The position numbers and the translations under genes were made by a program. The notes below the pieces were generated by a model. That model searched no databases. It was not told where the DNA came from and was given only the letters and a program-made list of their open reading frames with translations. A stretch of DNA of 63,536 bases, the filler included, from Folioceros fuciformis (taxonomy: Eukaryota), in assembly GCA_049999805.1 (NCBI GenBank). It is 22 parts of 22 records of this genome, joined end to end, with 100 filler letters (N's around TTAATTAATTAA, not from the genome) between each part and the next. Parts side by side here need not be neighbours in the genome. Positions count along the whole stretch, not along the records: positions 49,729 to 51,292 come from JBNGIO010006949.1; positions 51,393 to 56,961 come from JBNGIO010006950.1; positions 57,062 to 60,515 come from JBNGIO010006951.1; positions 60,616 to 63,536 come from JBNGIO010006953.1; 18 more parts are not named here. One strand, written 5' to 3'. This document shows, piece after piece, positions 50,369-63,536 of the stretch. Numbering within the stretch: the first letter of the stretch is position 1; every line of letters starts with the position of its first letter.

Positions 50369-50636
50369 GGAGGTTGATGCAATGGGTCCATATCCTGCTT
50401 CTTCCTTGCAAAAAAGTGGTGTTAGGTAGCTGTCTGCTTGGTATCTGATGGAACATCAAGCTGTTTCAGTGGAGGATTAGGCATCAAAGCCATGTCCTAC
50501 AACCTTACAAAGAAGTGGTGTCAATTCATGGGCAATGTGGTTGACCAATGTCCTATGAGATTGCAAATAAGTGTGGTGCCAACTACTAGACAATGTGAAG
50601 GACTGATGTCCTATGAGAATGCAGAGAAGTGTGGCG

Positions 50637-50716
50637 TCGGCTAGTGGTTTGTGTGGTGGGTGGTGACACATCAAGCTCGGCTAGTGGTTTGTGTGGTGGG
50701 TGGTGACACATCAAGC
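50637..50716. repeat. Perfect 40-bp tandem duplication
   Basis: TCGGCTAGTGGTTTGTGTGGTGGGTGGTGACACATCAAGC occurs twice. Confidence 0.92.
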
Positions 50717-51392
50717 CCCTTGATGGTGGGTGCCAGCTTGCCTAGTGCGAGGTCCTAAAGTACGAAATTCTCCTTATCCGTAACGAGGCTGATGGTGAGT
50801 AACACAATTTGCATGCAGAATAATCAAGATGAGTACTATGAGATACTTTGTGGTAGGTGATGTAGCTTAGTGATACATTCAAGTACTGTGAGACAAGGAA
50901 CATGATACAAAAGCATTAGTGCAAAACTTTATACAAAGGATTAGGGCAAAATAGTTGAAGTCTGCCATAGAACACAATCATCCTCTCACCATAAGGAGCA
51001 CAAAGTGGAAGTGGACGCTAAAACATTTCCTCTCTTGAGGCCTACGAGCATCAGAGCTTTCATGACTAAAGCTAGTCTCTTAAGCTTCATGGCTGTAAAG
51101 CCCTAATCTCACTACCTAGAATAGAAGAAAGAGCATGTCTTTAAATAATGTTTGATTTTTAGAGCATATTTGTATAAGCCCTCATACAACACTCATGTAG
51201 GGTTTTAGAATTTAGGGTTTATTGCACATTCGAGTCTTCCAAAGAAAAGTTACATGTTTATTTCCTCGAGAATAATTCCCTCATATTTTAGCNNNNNNNN
51301 NNNNNNNNNNNNNNNNNNNNNNNNNNNNNNNNNNNNTTAATTAATTAANNNNNNNNNNNNNNNNNNNNNNNNNNNNNNNNNNNNNNNNNNNN

Positions 51393-53553
51393 GGCTCCCT
51401 CCGCGGGCACCGCAATCTACAGCCCCAACCTTCACGACCTACAGGTCTACGGAGTGATTGCCACTGTCGTCTTGTGTCTCATCGTCTTTGGAGGGGTGAA
51501 GATCATCAACCGAGTGGCACCCGCATTTCTCATTCCTGTTCTCGTTTCGGTCTTCCTCATCTTCATCGGGATTTTTGTAGCTCAAGGGCGGGATGAAGCT
51601 CATCCTGGGATCACTGGCCTGTCTTTCAAGACTCTCAAGAGCAACTGGGGTTCTCAGTACACCCGCACCAACAGAGCAGGTATACCTGCGGAGGATGGAA
51701 TCATTTACTGGAACTTCAGCGGTCTTCTGGGGCTCTTCTTCCCCGCTGTCACTGGAATTATGGCTGGATCGAATCGATCAGCTACTCTGAGAGACACACA
51801 AAAGTCGATTCCTGTCGGAACCTTGGCTGCCATTGCAAGCACTACTTGTCTGTATCTTGTTTCCGTCTTCATGTTTGGATCGGTTGCCACAAGGGAAGAG
51901 CTGTTGACAGATCGACTTCTGACTGCAACTTTGGCGTGGCCTGAAGCCTGGGTAGTTCAGGTTGGGATCATTCTATCAACTCTTGGTGCAGCTCTACAGA
52001 GTTTGACAGGTGCCCCTCGTCTGCTGGCTGCCATTGCAAACGATGACATCCTCCCTGTGCTTAAGTATTTCAAGGCCCATGACACCACGGAACCTTACTT
52101 GGCTACCCTGTTTACCATGTTCATAACAGCTAGCTTTGTCGTGATTGGTAATCTGGATCTAATTACTCCTGTCATCACCATGTTCTTTTTGATGTGCTAT
52201 GGTGGGGTCAACCTGTCGTGCCTTCTTCTGGATTTGCTTGATGCCCCCAGCTGGCGGCCTCGATGGAAGTTCCATCACTGGAGCCTGTCGCTCGTGGGAG
52301 CCACTCTCTGCATAACGATCATGTTTCTAATTTCGTGGTCATTCACGATCATTTCTTTGGCTCTTGCTGGCCTTCTTTATTACTACGTTAGTATCAAGGG
52401 GAAGGGTGGTGATTGGGGAGATGGCTTCAAGAGTGCTTACTTCCAATTGGCACTCCGAAGTCTGCGCTCTCTTGGAGCCAACCAGGTGCATCCAAAGAAC
52501 TGGTATCCTATCCCTCTTATTTTGTGTAAACCTTGGGGGATCCTACCTGTGGATGTGCCTTGTCACCCCAAGCTGGCAGATTTTGCTAACTGCATGAAGA
52601 AGAAGGGTCGGGGTATGTCCATTTTTGTGTCGATCATTAAAGGTGACTACAAGGAGAAGGTTGAGGAAGCTCGCCAAGCCTCCAGGTTATTGAGCACATA
52701 CATAGACTACAAGAACTGTGAGGGGGTCGCAGAAGTTGTGGTAGCCAGGGACTTTTCTGAAGGTGTCTGTGGGATAGTGCAGACAATGGGCCTTGCAAAC
52801 TTGAAGCCAAACATTGTTTGCATGCGCTATCCAGAAATATGGAAGGAAGAGAAGCTTAATGACATTCCAAACATTTTTGTTGATGTCATAAATAACTGCT
52901 CCACTGCAAACAAGGCTGTAGTGATCGTGAAGGGCCTAGATGAGTGGCCTGGGGAGTTTCAGAGGCAGTATGGAACGATTGACCTTTATTGGATTGTTAG
53001 AGATGGGGGCCTCATGCTGCTTCTATCACAACTCCTGAGGGCGAAGGAAAGCTTTGAAAATTGCAAGATTCAGGTGTTCTGCATTGCAGAAGAGGACACT
53101 GAGGCGGAGGAGCTGAAGACGGACGTGAAGAAATTTTTGTATGACCTTAGAATGCAAGCGGAAGTTATTGTAGTAACTATGAAATCATGGGAGGATGTCC
53201 GTCATGAAGAACATCAGGTTGAGACAGGCAGGGAAGATGCTGTGGAGGCGTTCTCAAAAGCTAGGAAACGAATAGCTTTGCAAGCTGCAGAAATGAGGAA
53301 GAGAACGCTGCAAGATGATGGCTCGTATAACGAGCAGCAGGTCAATAAGTTCCTGTACACAACGCTGAAGTTGAATTCCATTATTCTCAGATACTCCAGA
53401 ATGGCTGCGGTGGTGTTGGTCAGTTTGCCACCTCCTCCCCCACGACATCCACCCCATTGCTATATGGAGTACATGGATCTTTTGGTTGACGGCATTCCCA
53501 GGCTTCTCATGGTTCGCGGTTACCGGAGAGATGTGGTCACCATTTTTACCTGA
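51393..53553 (+). CDS. CCC1: Cation-chloride cotransporter (SLC12 family); 5'-truncated, uninterrupted ORF
   Basis: GLFFPAVTGIMAGSNRS, LQSLTGAPRLLAAIAND, DAPSWRPRWKFHHW, QVHPKNWYP, IDLYWIVRDGGLMLLLSQLL, RGYRRDVVTIFT*. Confidence 0.98.
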
Positions 53554-54461
53554 ACACGAGGGGAGTTGACACGACCTGTCAGTATTATCCTGGCCGAAGC
53601 AAGCAGCTGACCTCGTCTGCGGTCACGCTACAGTCGACTGATCAGAACTCTCAGGTAACTTGATAGTGTACATGCCTGTGTTTGAACTAGGATCTTCTGT
53701 GGATGGCTACATTGATGCAACGGGATGCCAGGGAATTGACTCGAGCTGACACATTCCACACCGCATGAGTTGCTTGGTGCGCGTGCCAGACTAGGTAGCT
53801 AGATTCTGATTGTTCGTTACATAGGTCCGGGTGTTCGTTCGTGTTGGGCACGCTCAGATGTGGTTTTATGAAAGCGCCATGGGTAACTGGAACTCACTTA
53901 CGTAGGACCATTTGTTACTAGTGTCATCTTCACGCGTTGGGCACAATTTTGGAAGATAGCAGTGTTCATGTGTAGGCTGTTCAGTCAGAGTCCTCATTGT
54001 AGAATATTCCTCCACCTTTCAAAACAACCTGACAGAGATGACTCTATGCATCAGCATTGGAGGTAACTGGGCAAACGCATTTCACGATTCCGAAATCAGG
54101 ATGGGACAAGAACAAGCTGATGAATCAAGGCTCAATTTCAGCTGCAACAAAACACTGGAAGGAACAAATCGGTAGGGTATCTGTTGGTTTATCCCGGCCT
54201 GTCCAGCGGCATTGACCACCGAAAGCAATCGCTCTGGTCCGGTGAACTTACATGAACACGTAGGCCTTCGCAGAAGACCCAACTGCTTATATGTTGTGCA
54301 GTCCCTAGTTGCCCAGACATCTAGCAAGGATGTCATTTTCTATTTGCAAAAGCGCAGAAGTGAGGAAAGACAAGGCACCACAAACCACCAGCCAAGCATT
54401 ATTGGAGGCCATGTTCAGTTCAGTTACCATTTGAATTGTTGCATCCATGTGATAAAACACT

Positions 54462-56961
54462 TCATGAGGAAAACACAGATTCAAACGGCTGCCCAGCTTG
54501 AATTTTGGTGACTGATTGTCCTGTTATTAGGCGTAACATCTTCAAGGCCATGCATGGATTGTCTGAAGGAACCTGGTCCAGGCAGAATCAAACCACGAAT
54601 ACTTAGCTTCAATACACTTACCGAAGGGAGCTATGCTGCTAAACGTGCAGAACATAACAGCAGGAACGTACCATGTGCCCAGCATTCAAAATCCAGTAAA
54701 ACTTAAGATTCCTGTACTCTTTGAAGAAGGCTGCTGCTTCGCCCTTTTCACAGGTGATAGCTGTCCGCTTGGCCTTGTTGAAGGCAGGGAGATGGGGCCA
54801 CCTACCAGACAGAAATGTCACCAAACTTGAACAGACCGCAAGGTCACTGAGCAAGCAGCCAGCAGGTGTGAACGCAGAAGCTTCTGAAGCTTCTGATTAG
54901 TGATACAGACGTACTTCAGCTTTTGAACCCATGCTTCAGTTCCGGTTGTGCAGCAGATGAGATCCAACTGCAGTGGCATAAGGAATGATCAATACTCAGA
55001 ACAGAGCTTACTTTTGGTCTCAAAAAACTTGACTTTGAGGAATATTCTGAATTGCTTTCACCTGGCCACTATAGATAGTGACGTCCACACCGTACTGTAG
55101 TAACTTATCAACCTGCGGGCATTCGTATAAGAGTGGCGGGAATTATGTCGGACAACACGATCTCTGACGACATTGCAGAGCTTTGATACGTACTTGGTCT
55201 ATAGTGTCTTTCATAAAATCGGCTTGAAGTGCATGGAAAACCTGACCAGATGACTCCGACCAGCTGCATGCAAACAAAAAGGATGACATGTAGAGCTACA
55301 ATGGCCAACAACAATGTAGCGCACCGATACCAGAGAAACGGACCGGATTTCGGTTGGTATAATGCCCAGCTTCTGCCTGATAGGTCCGTTCATGGTTTGT
55401 TCCAACGAAGGAGGTTGGAATCTTAGAACATGTCTGGAATTGAGACCCAACAACCCTGCTGCTTCAGAGTAGTCTGGTTCATGATTCAGCAAATTGTAGA
55501 AATCCTGCAATGAACTGAAGGTCAGAAATGGTTCGAAGGTTCAACATAATTTGCAAAAAATTTGTCCCTGCAGGTGTGCTGCATACCACATTGTCAGTGA
55601 GTTCCTCCACTACTTCCTCCATATTACCCCAGATGAATGTGGCATTTACAAATTGCCCCTCATCTATCTCTGCTTGAGCCGCATCTGCAAATCTGCCAAG
55701 AAGGGACCAGCATAAAAGAGTTAGGATGCATTAACGTTTTTTGTCACGACCACATAGCCTTCACCACAAGCAGAGTACCGTTGCAGAAATTCTGTGCCTC
55801 GTTCATCAATGAGTGAAAAGGCCTTCAACAGCGGTCCCCAGGCATACTGCAGAACAAGCGTGAGCTGCATCTTCAATTCGTTCAACTAGGTTGTTACCAT
55901 CTCCAAGTCCAAACCAGGTTCGGACATACCAGAAAATCAATGGGGGAGATCCATGTGTCTCCAAGTGCCACTCCTGAAAGCAGATGCAGCAATTCAAATT
56001 TCGCAAGTCCCACATCATTCCAACTCGTGACGCCATTCAGTTTGTGCAGCATCTGACTGTACGTACCTTTGAAGTTGAAATTAAGGATTCCCAATCCAAG
56101 AAGCTCATGGATAGCCACACCCAGCTCACTTGCAAACTTGCCGCCATAAGACTCGGCAACAATGTAGAAGGGTGCTTTTCGAAGAGAATCATGAGCATTG
56201 AAAAATGCCACCAGGAAAGAGATTGAATCGTTGGTAACTTGTTGGTTGGTAGTTGTCAGGAGACCCGGTTCATCCACATAGCTGAAACCTGTTCAAAAAT
56301 ATTTTGAAACAGGTGAGAAGATTAGGGCAAGGGGGACTGACAAAACAGATGTTGAAAGCAACGACGTGTTCATTGACATGAACTACGAGGAGCTCTACCT
56401 GTTCCCACTGGATTGTCCTGAACATGTCAGCAAGGGCAAGCCATGAATCAGAAGGCACTCAACACGATGGAAATTTTCGTCAGCTTCCCTTTACAACAAA
56501 CTCGTTTCAGAAACAGGCATTCCTGGCGACTGTGACACTCACGACGAAGAGAAGATGGGCGGCCTTGAGCCATGTGCTCTCCCGTGGTAGCAGGTCTGTG
56601 GTCAAAGGCCCTACTTCCTCAAAGTTACCGAACCCCACTCCGGACGCTCCCTAAAACGCCAAGTCCGATGAGAAGCGGTCCCTTCCACTTCCACTTGTGC
56701 CCAATGCATGAAGGAACGGTCTGGGTTACTTACAGGGCCACCCTGGAACCACATGACGAGAGGCACTTCATCGGCTGGTAGCCCGTCATTGTAGTACAAC
56801 CACCAGAAAATGTGGGCACCTGCAATTCCGCCATTCTAAGTCCGCATGAGTGCAACTGCATCCTTGTACGAGGCAAGCCTCATGCGCCCCTCCCCGCTGG
56901 AGCTTACCAGGGCGGACGTCAATGTAGCCCCACTCCTCAGCACCGTCAGCTGTCCCAGAAG
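54462..56961 (-). CDS. SCPL51: Serine carboxypeptidase-like protein (SCPL51 type); multi-exon, 5'-truncated
   Basis: EEWGYIDVRP|GAHIFWWLY, WFQGGP|GASGVGFGNFEEVGP, DNPVGT|GFSYV, catalytic AESYGG, GVALGDTWISP, LDLICCTTGTEAW, YWILNAGHM|VPSDNPC; includes a 19-nt microexon at 56417-56399. Confidence 0.93.
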
Positions 56962-58846
56962 NNNNNNNNNNNNNNNNNNNNNNNNNNNNNNNNNNNNNNN
57001 NNNNNTTAATTAATTAANNNNNNNNNNNNNNNNNNNNNNNNNNNNNNNNNNNNNNNNNNNNCACCCGCCAAAGCTCGATTAAATTCCCGCGCCGCAATGA
57101 TTCCCCCCTTCCCTTTCCCTCCCGCACCCGGCACCTACCCCAAATTTAGCGCCTGGGGGTGTTCAAGGGGCTCCCTCCCAGCTGCTGGTGCTCCTCTGCA
57201 GCATCAGACGTTTAGGCAGCCAGCAGGCTCACATCCCAATTCCACCCACCGGGGCATCGCGGTGCCGGGGCAGCCCGCTCTCAAACCCCTTCCAATCAGC
57301 GGTGGAGCGATCCAGTCTGGCCGGCTGCTGCAGACCTGCATCTGCTGCTTCCTCCCATCTTATGCATCCCGGGCACGAAAGAGACAAAAGGCAAAACGTG
57401 TTTGTGCGACCCATCCGGTGTGGCAGAGGTTTCGAAGACGTGGCGCGCGTTTCAGCAACCGAGCTAGGGTTCCGTAACCTGAGAAATACCGAGTTCCGTC
57501 CTACTCCGTTCCAATAAGTACGCCTCTGTCTCGGAGCTCGCCGTTCCTTCTCTTCTACTCCATGGCAACTTCCCTGCCTGCCGGCGTCTTTCCTTTCCTT
57601 TCCTCGTATTTGAGACCAGCCGTTCGGAAAGGCAGTCAAATTCATGGAGCTGCCTGTCCCTGTCCGTGTCCTTGAAGTTTCCGTGTAGTGGTAGTGGAGG
57701 ATGAGAATATCCGCGGGCCACGGCCCTCCCCGGCCCCGTCACGCTCCCGCATTCCATCTTCGTTCGGTGCTTCTTGATGGCGGTTGCAACAGTTGGTGCG
57801 GACACCCAGCCTAGCGCTGCGTGTTGGCAGTGGGGGCTGGCGTGGTGGCGCTCGAGAGCGCAAGGCTTGTCGGTCGGGGGTTCTCCAGCACCTGCCTCTG
57901 GAAGGCACCGACGTGGCAGCTTCCTAACTGTCCGGAGAAGGCGACGATTTTTTCTCCCGCCTGGGCCAGATTTTAGTGAGCTACTGTACTTTAAGTTGAT
58001 GTAGAGAGAGAGCTGCCGCATATGCTGCGTATGTGTGTGGAGTGGTTTTGGGGCTCTCCTCACTTTCTCCTGCGTTGGGTCACTCGTTTACGCCATTGAC
58101 ATGGATTCCTAAGGGGGCCTGGTCACCGTTTGCGCATCTCTGATTTTGTGGAGGAGGGGAACGGATGCTATCCCAAATGTCAGGGTTGTTGAAGCATCTT
58201 CTGCAGTATGTTCCGATCCCTTTTGCATGCGGGCGGCCGGGGCTTCCCACAATAATGTGGACAAGTCCTCGTTGCTCTGGAACACCTGCCCTGTCCTGCT
58301 TCCCATTTGAGGGGTAGAATGGAATAATGTACTGACATTATCCAATTTCCTACGAAGCAGCCAGCCTTTTTTCTGATTCGCATACAGCTCAAGGTGGGCC
58401 CGATGTCCGACCAACAGATTGTCACTATGTTGTAGCTAGGCTGACTGCGTCTATGTACAACCAGCCAACTGGGTGGGAGGTTGGGTGCGTGTGACTCTCA
58501 GTCTTCGAGCGCAGAGGAAGGTCTGGGACGTGGAGGTATGAAGTCTGGGATCAGAATAGTATATAGCACCCCCAACAGTCTCCCACACGTCACCACTGCA
58601 GTCCAGTTGCAAGAAGAACGGAGAAGGAAGGCGCTGCTAGCAGGCGGCATTCGTGTGTGAATAACACACCGCAAGCTGGGAAATTATGTGTAGGTATACA
58701 TATGTCACGCTCCAGGCATGCCGAAAATGCGGGGAGGCTAAACATCCAGCCGGAGAACAATGCGGAGTTCGTAATTCGAACTACGTAGTATCCAATTAAC
58801 CTACAGGTAAGAATAAGGGAATGTGGCGTGCCAACACCTCATCAAA

Positions 58847-60515
58847 CTAATTTCTTAGTTTTTTCACATCAGCTGAGGTGTCAGGATAGCCAATCTTCTC
58901 AATTACCTCCCGCAGATTGCCATCCTCGGGCTTGAGTCGTAAATCCAGTCTGAGGAACACAGGTCCGCTGATCGAAAGATTCCAACGTGGATAGGTGAAG
59001 CCGCGTTCGATGAACCAGCCATCTGGAAACAGATCCTTGAAAGTATAACAAGTCCCGGCAACTTCTGCCACCTGCAAGTCTAGATTACCCGATTCCTTCA
59101 ACTGGTAGCCCTGGGAGTAGTCCCTTTTCATGGCGATGGAGTAATCCAATGAACTGTGATGGCCGTGGGCGTCAAACTTCCAGGAACACGACGGAGGGAC
59201 TACCAGATTCACAATCAAGGTCATTTGTTGATTGTAAGATGCCTTCACCTGACCATGGCGAGCCTCAAGATAGAAGGAGTATTCCCCTAATTGAAATGGA
59301 CGCGACTGGAAGTGCTGCCCGGTGCAGATTACCAGCTCTAGAGGGAACTCGAAGAACACCTCACAACTCTGCCCGTTCTGACCCACAGCGAACGTCTTGG
59401 AATTGCCCCAGAGGCTTTCCAGAATCACAGTGCTGCGGGGACTATACCGATTGTGGTTGGTCTTCTTCCACAACATTTGCTGTTGCCTCGAGTGAGTGAA
59501 GCTCTTGAACCTGAAAGCTTCCATGATGAAAGCTTGACAAGCCGGACTCTGCATCTGTGGACTGACAGAAACTACGTCTACCAGAAAGTCACCTGTCATC
59601 CACGGAAACCGCACCACCTCGCAGATCTCTTCAGCTGCACGGTTTTTCTCCTCCGTGGTGTGGTAGTTGGCATCCAACCATTCAAGCATAATCTTGAACA
59701 CCTCCTCCTCGTAGGACACACTGAGGCTATCGCTATCCAGAACTACTTTTACACCTTGGACATTCAAAGTAAGAAAATCGTTTTTCTTGTTGTAGATATC
59801 TGAGAACTGGTGAGCCAGATAGCTGCGGTAGTGCTCCACAACAGGCTGCACAGCTCTGTCAGCTTTCAACAACTCGGGAAGACTGAGCACGAGGAGGGAG
59901 TCGCTCAAAGTGCTAGGAAATTTCTTTAACACGTTTGCCAGCAGCTCCATGCAGGATGAGACAGCAAACCGGTCAGCTAAGGTGAGAAGCACAATAGTCC
60001 CCTCGGCATCCGAAGGCTGATTCAGGCGGCCCGTATACATGTAGTGAATAAGCTCCCTCAAACCACATTTTTCTGCACACGGCATAGCCACCGCTCACTC
60101 AGCGTCACACTGCACTTCAACTTCAAAATGCAACAAACATGAAAGCCACCTCTGTCAGGGTTGGCCAGAGGACCGACCTTCTTCCGTGACCTGCACCGTG
60201 GCTACACTCGAGTTGGACTCGCACATCCCATTAGAGAACAGAGTCTTGAAGTACTCCGAGTGCGCAGCAAGTATGACAGAGCTGACATGAATCGTCTCCG
60301 TCTGCACAGAGCTCTTCTGGACAGGCTCCTCCGCAGCCCCTGCCTGAACCTGAGCAAGGGCGTCCAGGATCAGCTTCCGGCCAGCACGCAGTACCAAATT
60401 CTACCAATGCGGCAGACGCAAAGAAAGGCATCCCACCTCTACAATGTCCACCTGACAAGGCGCGCACTTGGTGATCTCCACACGGAGTAAGCGATCAGAA
60501 AACGCGGGATTGTCG
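58847..60515 (-). CDS. BTB/POZ-BACK Cullin3 adaptor, POB1/LRB-like; 5'-truncated
   Basis: DNPAFSDRLLRVEI, IHVSSVILAAHSEYFKTLFSNGMCES, LIHYMY, LTLADRFAVSSCM, VLDSDSLSVSYEEEV, VRFPWMT, SRPFQLGEYSFYL. Confidence 0.9.
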
Positions 60516-60615
60516 NNNNNNNNNNNNNNNNNNNNNNNNNNNNNNNNNNNNNNNNNNNNTTAATTAATTAANNNNNNNNNNNNNNNNNNNNNNNNNNNNN
60601 NNNNNNNNNNNNNNN

Positions 60616-62403
60616 CGTGCTGCGCTGCCAGGCGCAGGCTGAGAAGCGGATGGCTATGGCGGTGCTGGAACTGGAGGAGAGGCACCGCCGGTTTGATTCT
60701 CTCCTGCTCAAGGTGCACGCTACGGTGGTGTCCCTGCACCCGCCTGTCATTACCGCGGCAGGTCCGTCGAGTGATGGCAATGGGGCGCCATCGGATTTGG
60801 GTGCCATCTTGGATGAGAAAATTTTGCACGTTTTAGGAAATGCGAGCGCCGGTGCCGATGCGAATGCGATGAATGTGGGATCGAGTGCAGGAAATGAGAA
60901 ATCTGTTGTCAGGGACTGGGGGAAGGACCTGTCTGCCAGGTTGGATAAACCGAGTGCCAACCATGTTGCTCTGGATTTGGCTGTCTCTCCACACGGGGGG
61001 TACAACGGTAACGTGGTTGAGGAGCCTCTCCCGAAGTACGTTTCTCCTCGGACCGGTGAGCCTGCAGAAGGCAAGACGGGTGGCGTTGACAAGAACACGC
61101 TTTCGTTAGCTCCCCTGGTGTCCATATCGGTGTCTTCAACCAGCGGCGGTGAGCCTTTGTCGTTCTTGTGCTTCTTGTGGCTAGGACGGTGCCTTTGCGG
61201 CTGCCCTCTAGGGTTCAGATCCTTTCACAGAGATATGCAAAGCGCTTTGGCCTCGCCAAGGCTGATGTTGATAGCGCGCGTTTGTAACTGGCAGGTTTTG
61301 AGCCTATGAGTACCATTCACGAGGATGGAGCTGCTGGAGCTTGCCCACCGAATCTTGTCGCTGTTCTGGAATCCACTGTGGAAAATGCTGCGGATAGCTT
61401 GATATTGAAGGATGCGGAGTTGGCTTGGCTGCCAGATTCTATAGGGCTTCTCATGAACTTGAAGGTTTTGAATCTTGCGAAGAATCAACTGGAAAGCTTG
61501 CCGGAGTCGATTGGAGACCTCAAGCAACTGACGATTCTTGATGTGAGCTCCAACAAGCTCAGGGCGTTGCCTGAGGGTTTAGGGCGGCTGTCGAAACTGC
61601 AGAAACTGAATATCATGAAGAATGGCATTGAGGAGTTGCCGTGGACGATTGGGGGATGTTATTCCCTAGAGGAATTACGCGCAGATTTCAACCACCTGAA
61701 AGCGTTGCCAGAAGCAGTGGGGCATCTCATATCCCTCCGTATACTCTCCGTCCATTTGAACAGCATCATCCGGCTGCCAACCACCATGAGCTCTCTGACG
61801 AACTTGCAGGAGCTGGATGTGCACTTCAACCACCTGGAGGCACTTCCAGAGAGTGTATGTTCTTTGCCTAACCTTGTGAGGTTGGACGTTTCCTCCAACT
61901 TCAATGAGCTCAAGGCGTTGCCTCAATCCATCGGAAACCTCCAAAGGCTCCAGGAGCTGGACATCAGCTTCAACCACATCACTGTGTTGCCAGACTCCTT
62001 CGCGCAGCTAACCAACTTGCGGGAACTGAAGTTAGATGGCAATCCGTTTCAAGTGCCTCCTTTGGAAGTTGCCCACCAAGGCAAGAAGGTACCAAGAGGT
62101 GTTTTCTCCATTCCGTGCAATGCCGGTTTCCTATCTTGTTTCTCGTACCCTGTTGCTATAGGGGAATCCGCCTTCTGGCATTCCTGTGTGTTAACAATTC
62201 ATTCACCCCCCAAGTTGCTGCCGTTTGTCGTCGGGTTTCCACAGGCTGTGCTCGACTACATGCGAAGGCATGTCGAACAAAAGCAAGGGTCTGATAAGAA
62301 CTCAAGGAGAGGAGGTGTGGTTTTGAAGTTTGCTTTGTTTGTTCTCGGATTGCTGAAGAGGAGTCGGAAGAAGAAGGCCAAGGAACTGGCAAACTCTGCC
62401 TGA
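60616..62403 (+). CDS. Plant intracellular Ras-group-related LRR protein (PIRL). Exons <60616-61148, 61295-62088, 62245-62403.
   Basis: N-terminal coiled coil; LRRs with the LPxSIGxLxxLxxLxLxxNxL consensus; ELRADFNHLKALPEAVG; GNPFQVPP.EVAHQG.AVLDYM. Confidence 0.92.
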
Positions 62404-63536
62404 GGATCCCCATCCTCGTGAATGCCTCAGTTTTATCGTGGAGGGTAAGGTGCCTGATGCCTTCCTTACTATACTAGGTCAGCCTGCGCTTCCGCACTCC
62501 AGCATTTCATCCTTGGTTCTGCCCCTACCTTCTTGTCTCTTGCCCTTGTTTCTCACACCTGCGGTTGATTGCAACTTCCTCATTCGCTCTGCAGGCTGAA
62601 CAGGAGCCTCGCCCGTACTGCACAGCAGAACCAGTCACCTTTCTTCCAGACTCGAGGGGCCGTCCTGCTGCAACCGAATCTCGCAGCTTGTGTACATTGG
62701 GTCAGTGGCATGATTTTCCGTATGGTGATGTCAGTCTAATTCATCATCTCGTTAGGTTCCGACATCTCCTAAGCCGCGACGGACTTGGTGACCTCCCTGA
62801 GTCTTGTGACCTCGGGAAACCCGCAAAGCTTCCCATGGTACTTGGTTTTCTTTGGAAGGTGAGACATTGTATTTATGGTAGTCGAATTTGTGCTCGTATC
62901 TTGACTTCTAACTTTGGTTGTTCACTTACGGTAGTAGTCGTTTTAGTGCACTGCTGGGGTCATTTTTATACGTTGTAGGTGTTTGTGTGTGACAATAAAA
63001 CCATCGGCGATCAGACAGAGTTAACTCTCCCTCCGTCCAGCAACATCAAATTACTTTTCCTGTATGTGGAATATCAGCATGTAAAATATATAAAGTAATT
63101 CAATATAATAATTCATTACCCAGATTACATTGATTCGAGTGAGTGATACGTGGTTGGCCGGCGAAGCCCAAGTTGCTCCTATGGAATAAACTTCACTTGG
63201 CCTGTGGAGATGCTTGTGTCGTGGTGCCACTTGGGGAGTGACTGTGTATGTATTTGTACAAATGTTATGTTGTAGAGGTAACTGTGGCACGATGCCGAAC
63301 ACGTGCACCCGAAATGGAGGGGGGAAGGATGTGTTGCAGACAGCCTGCGACTGCTACTGCTGCTCCGCCTCTCGTCTTGGCCTCCGTTGCTTTGCCTGGC
63401 GACTGGGCCGGGGCCTTGGCTGCCCGCATCCAGTTGGGAGCACGCGTCTCCGCCATGTCATCTGTGGCCAGGCCGGAGCCAGCTTTCGCGACAACACGAC
63501 GAGGCCGCCCGCTCCCGCAACCCTCCTGGGCAGGCC

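Noticed and set aside
63265..63536. GC-rich - strand ORF at the window end
   Set aside because: Truncated, frame ambiguous and no recognisable motif.

Overview
This window is not one locus. It is 22 short contigs joined by 21 identical artificial 100-bp spacers (44 N + TTAATTAATTAA + 44 N), so adjacency across spacers means nothing. Most contigs are nuclear DNA of a compact-genome land plant: GC-rich exons, GT-AG introns mostly 90-130 bp, and genes only 50-900 bp apart. That layout suggests a seed-free plant such as a hornwort (inference). Recognisable genes are an LRR receptor-like fragment, a disrupted 11S globulin (bicupin) gene, a phytocyanin/ENODL, the 3' end of cyclin D, ATG18, a TFIIIC WD40 subunit (GTF3C2-like), a REVEILLE MYB, a thylakoid-lumen TPR protein, a Pol IV/V-type RNA polymerase subunit 7, a small mitochondrial-type membrane protein, a large coiled-coil repeat protein, CCC1, SCPL51, a POB1/LRB-like BTB protein and a PIRL. 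Other contigs hold decayed transposons (pogo/Tigger DDE, LINE, Ty1/copia) and minisatellites. One contig (13096-15616) is a RIP-mutated fungal Ty3/gypsy-type gag, so the sample is a mixture. I found no CRISPR array, rRNA or tRNA, and no multi-gene novel system that I can support. The best leads are: (1) the subunit-7 paralogue with an intron and an acidic tail ending in NLS- and SIM-like motifs; (2) the globulin pseudogene with an RY-box cluster upstream; (3) the intronless CCC1; (4) the ~205-aa-repeat coiled-coil protein. All family calls come from motif recognition by eye; no database search was run.
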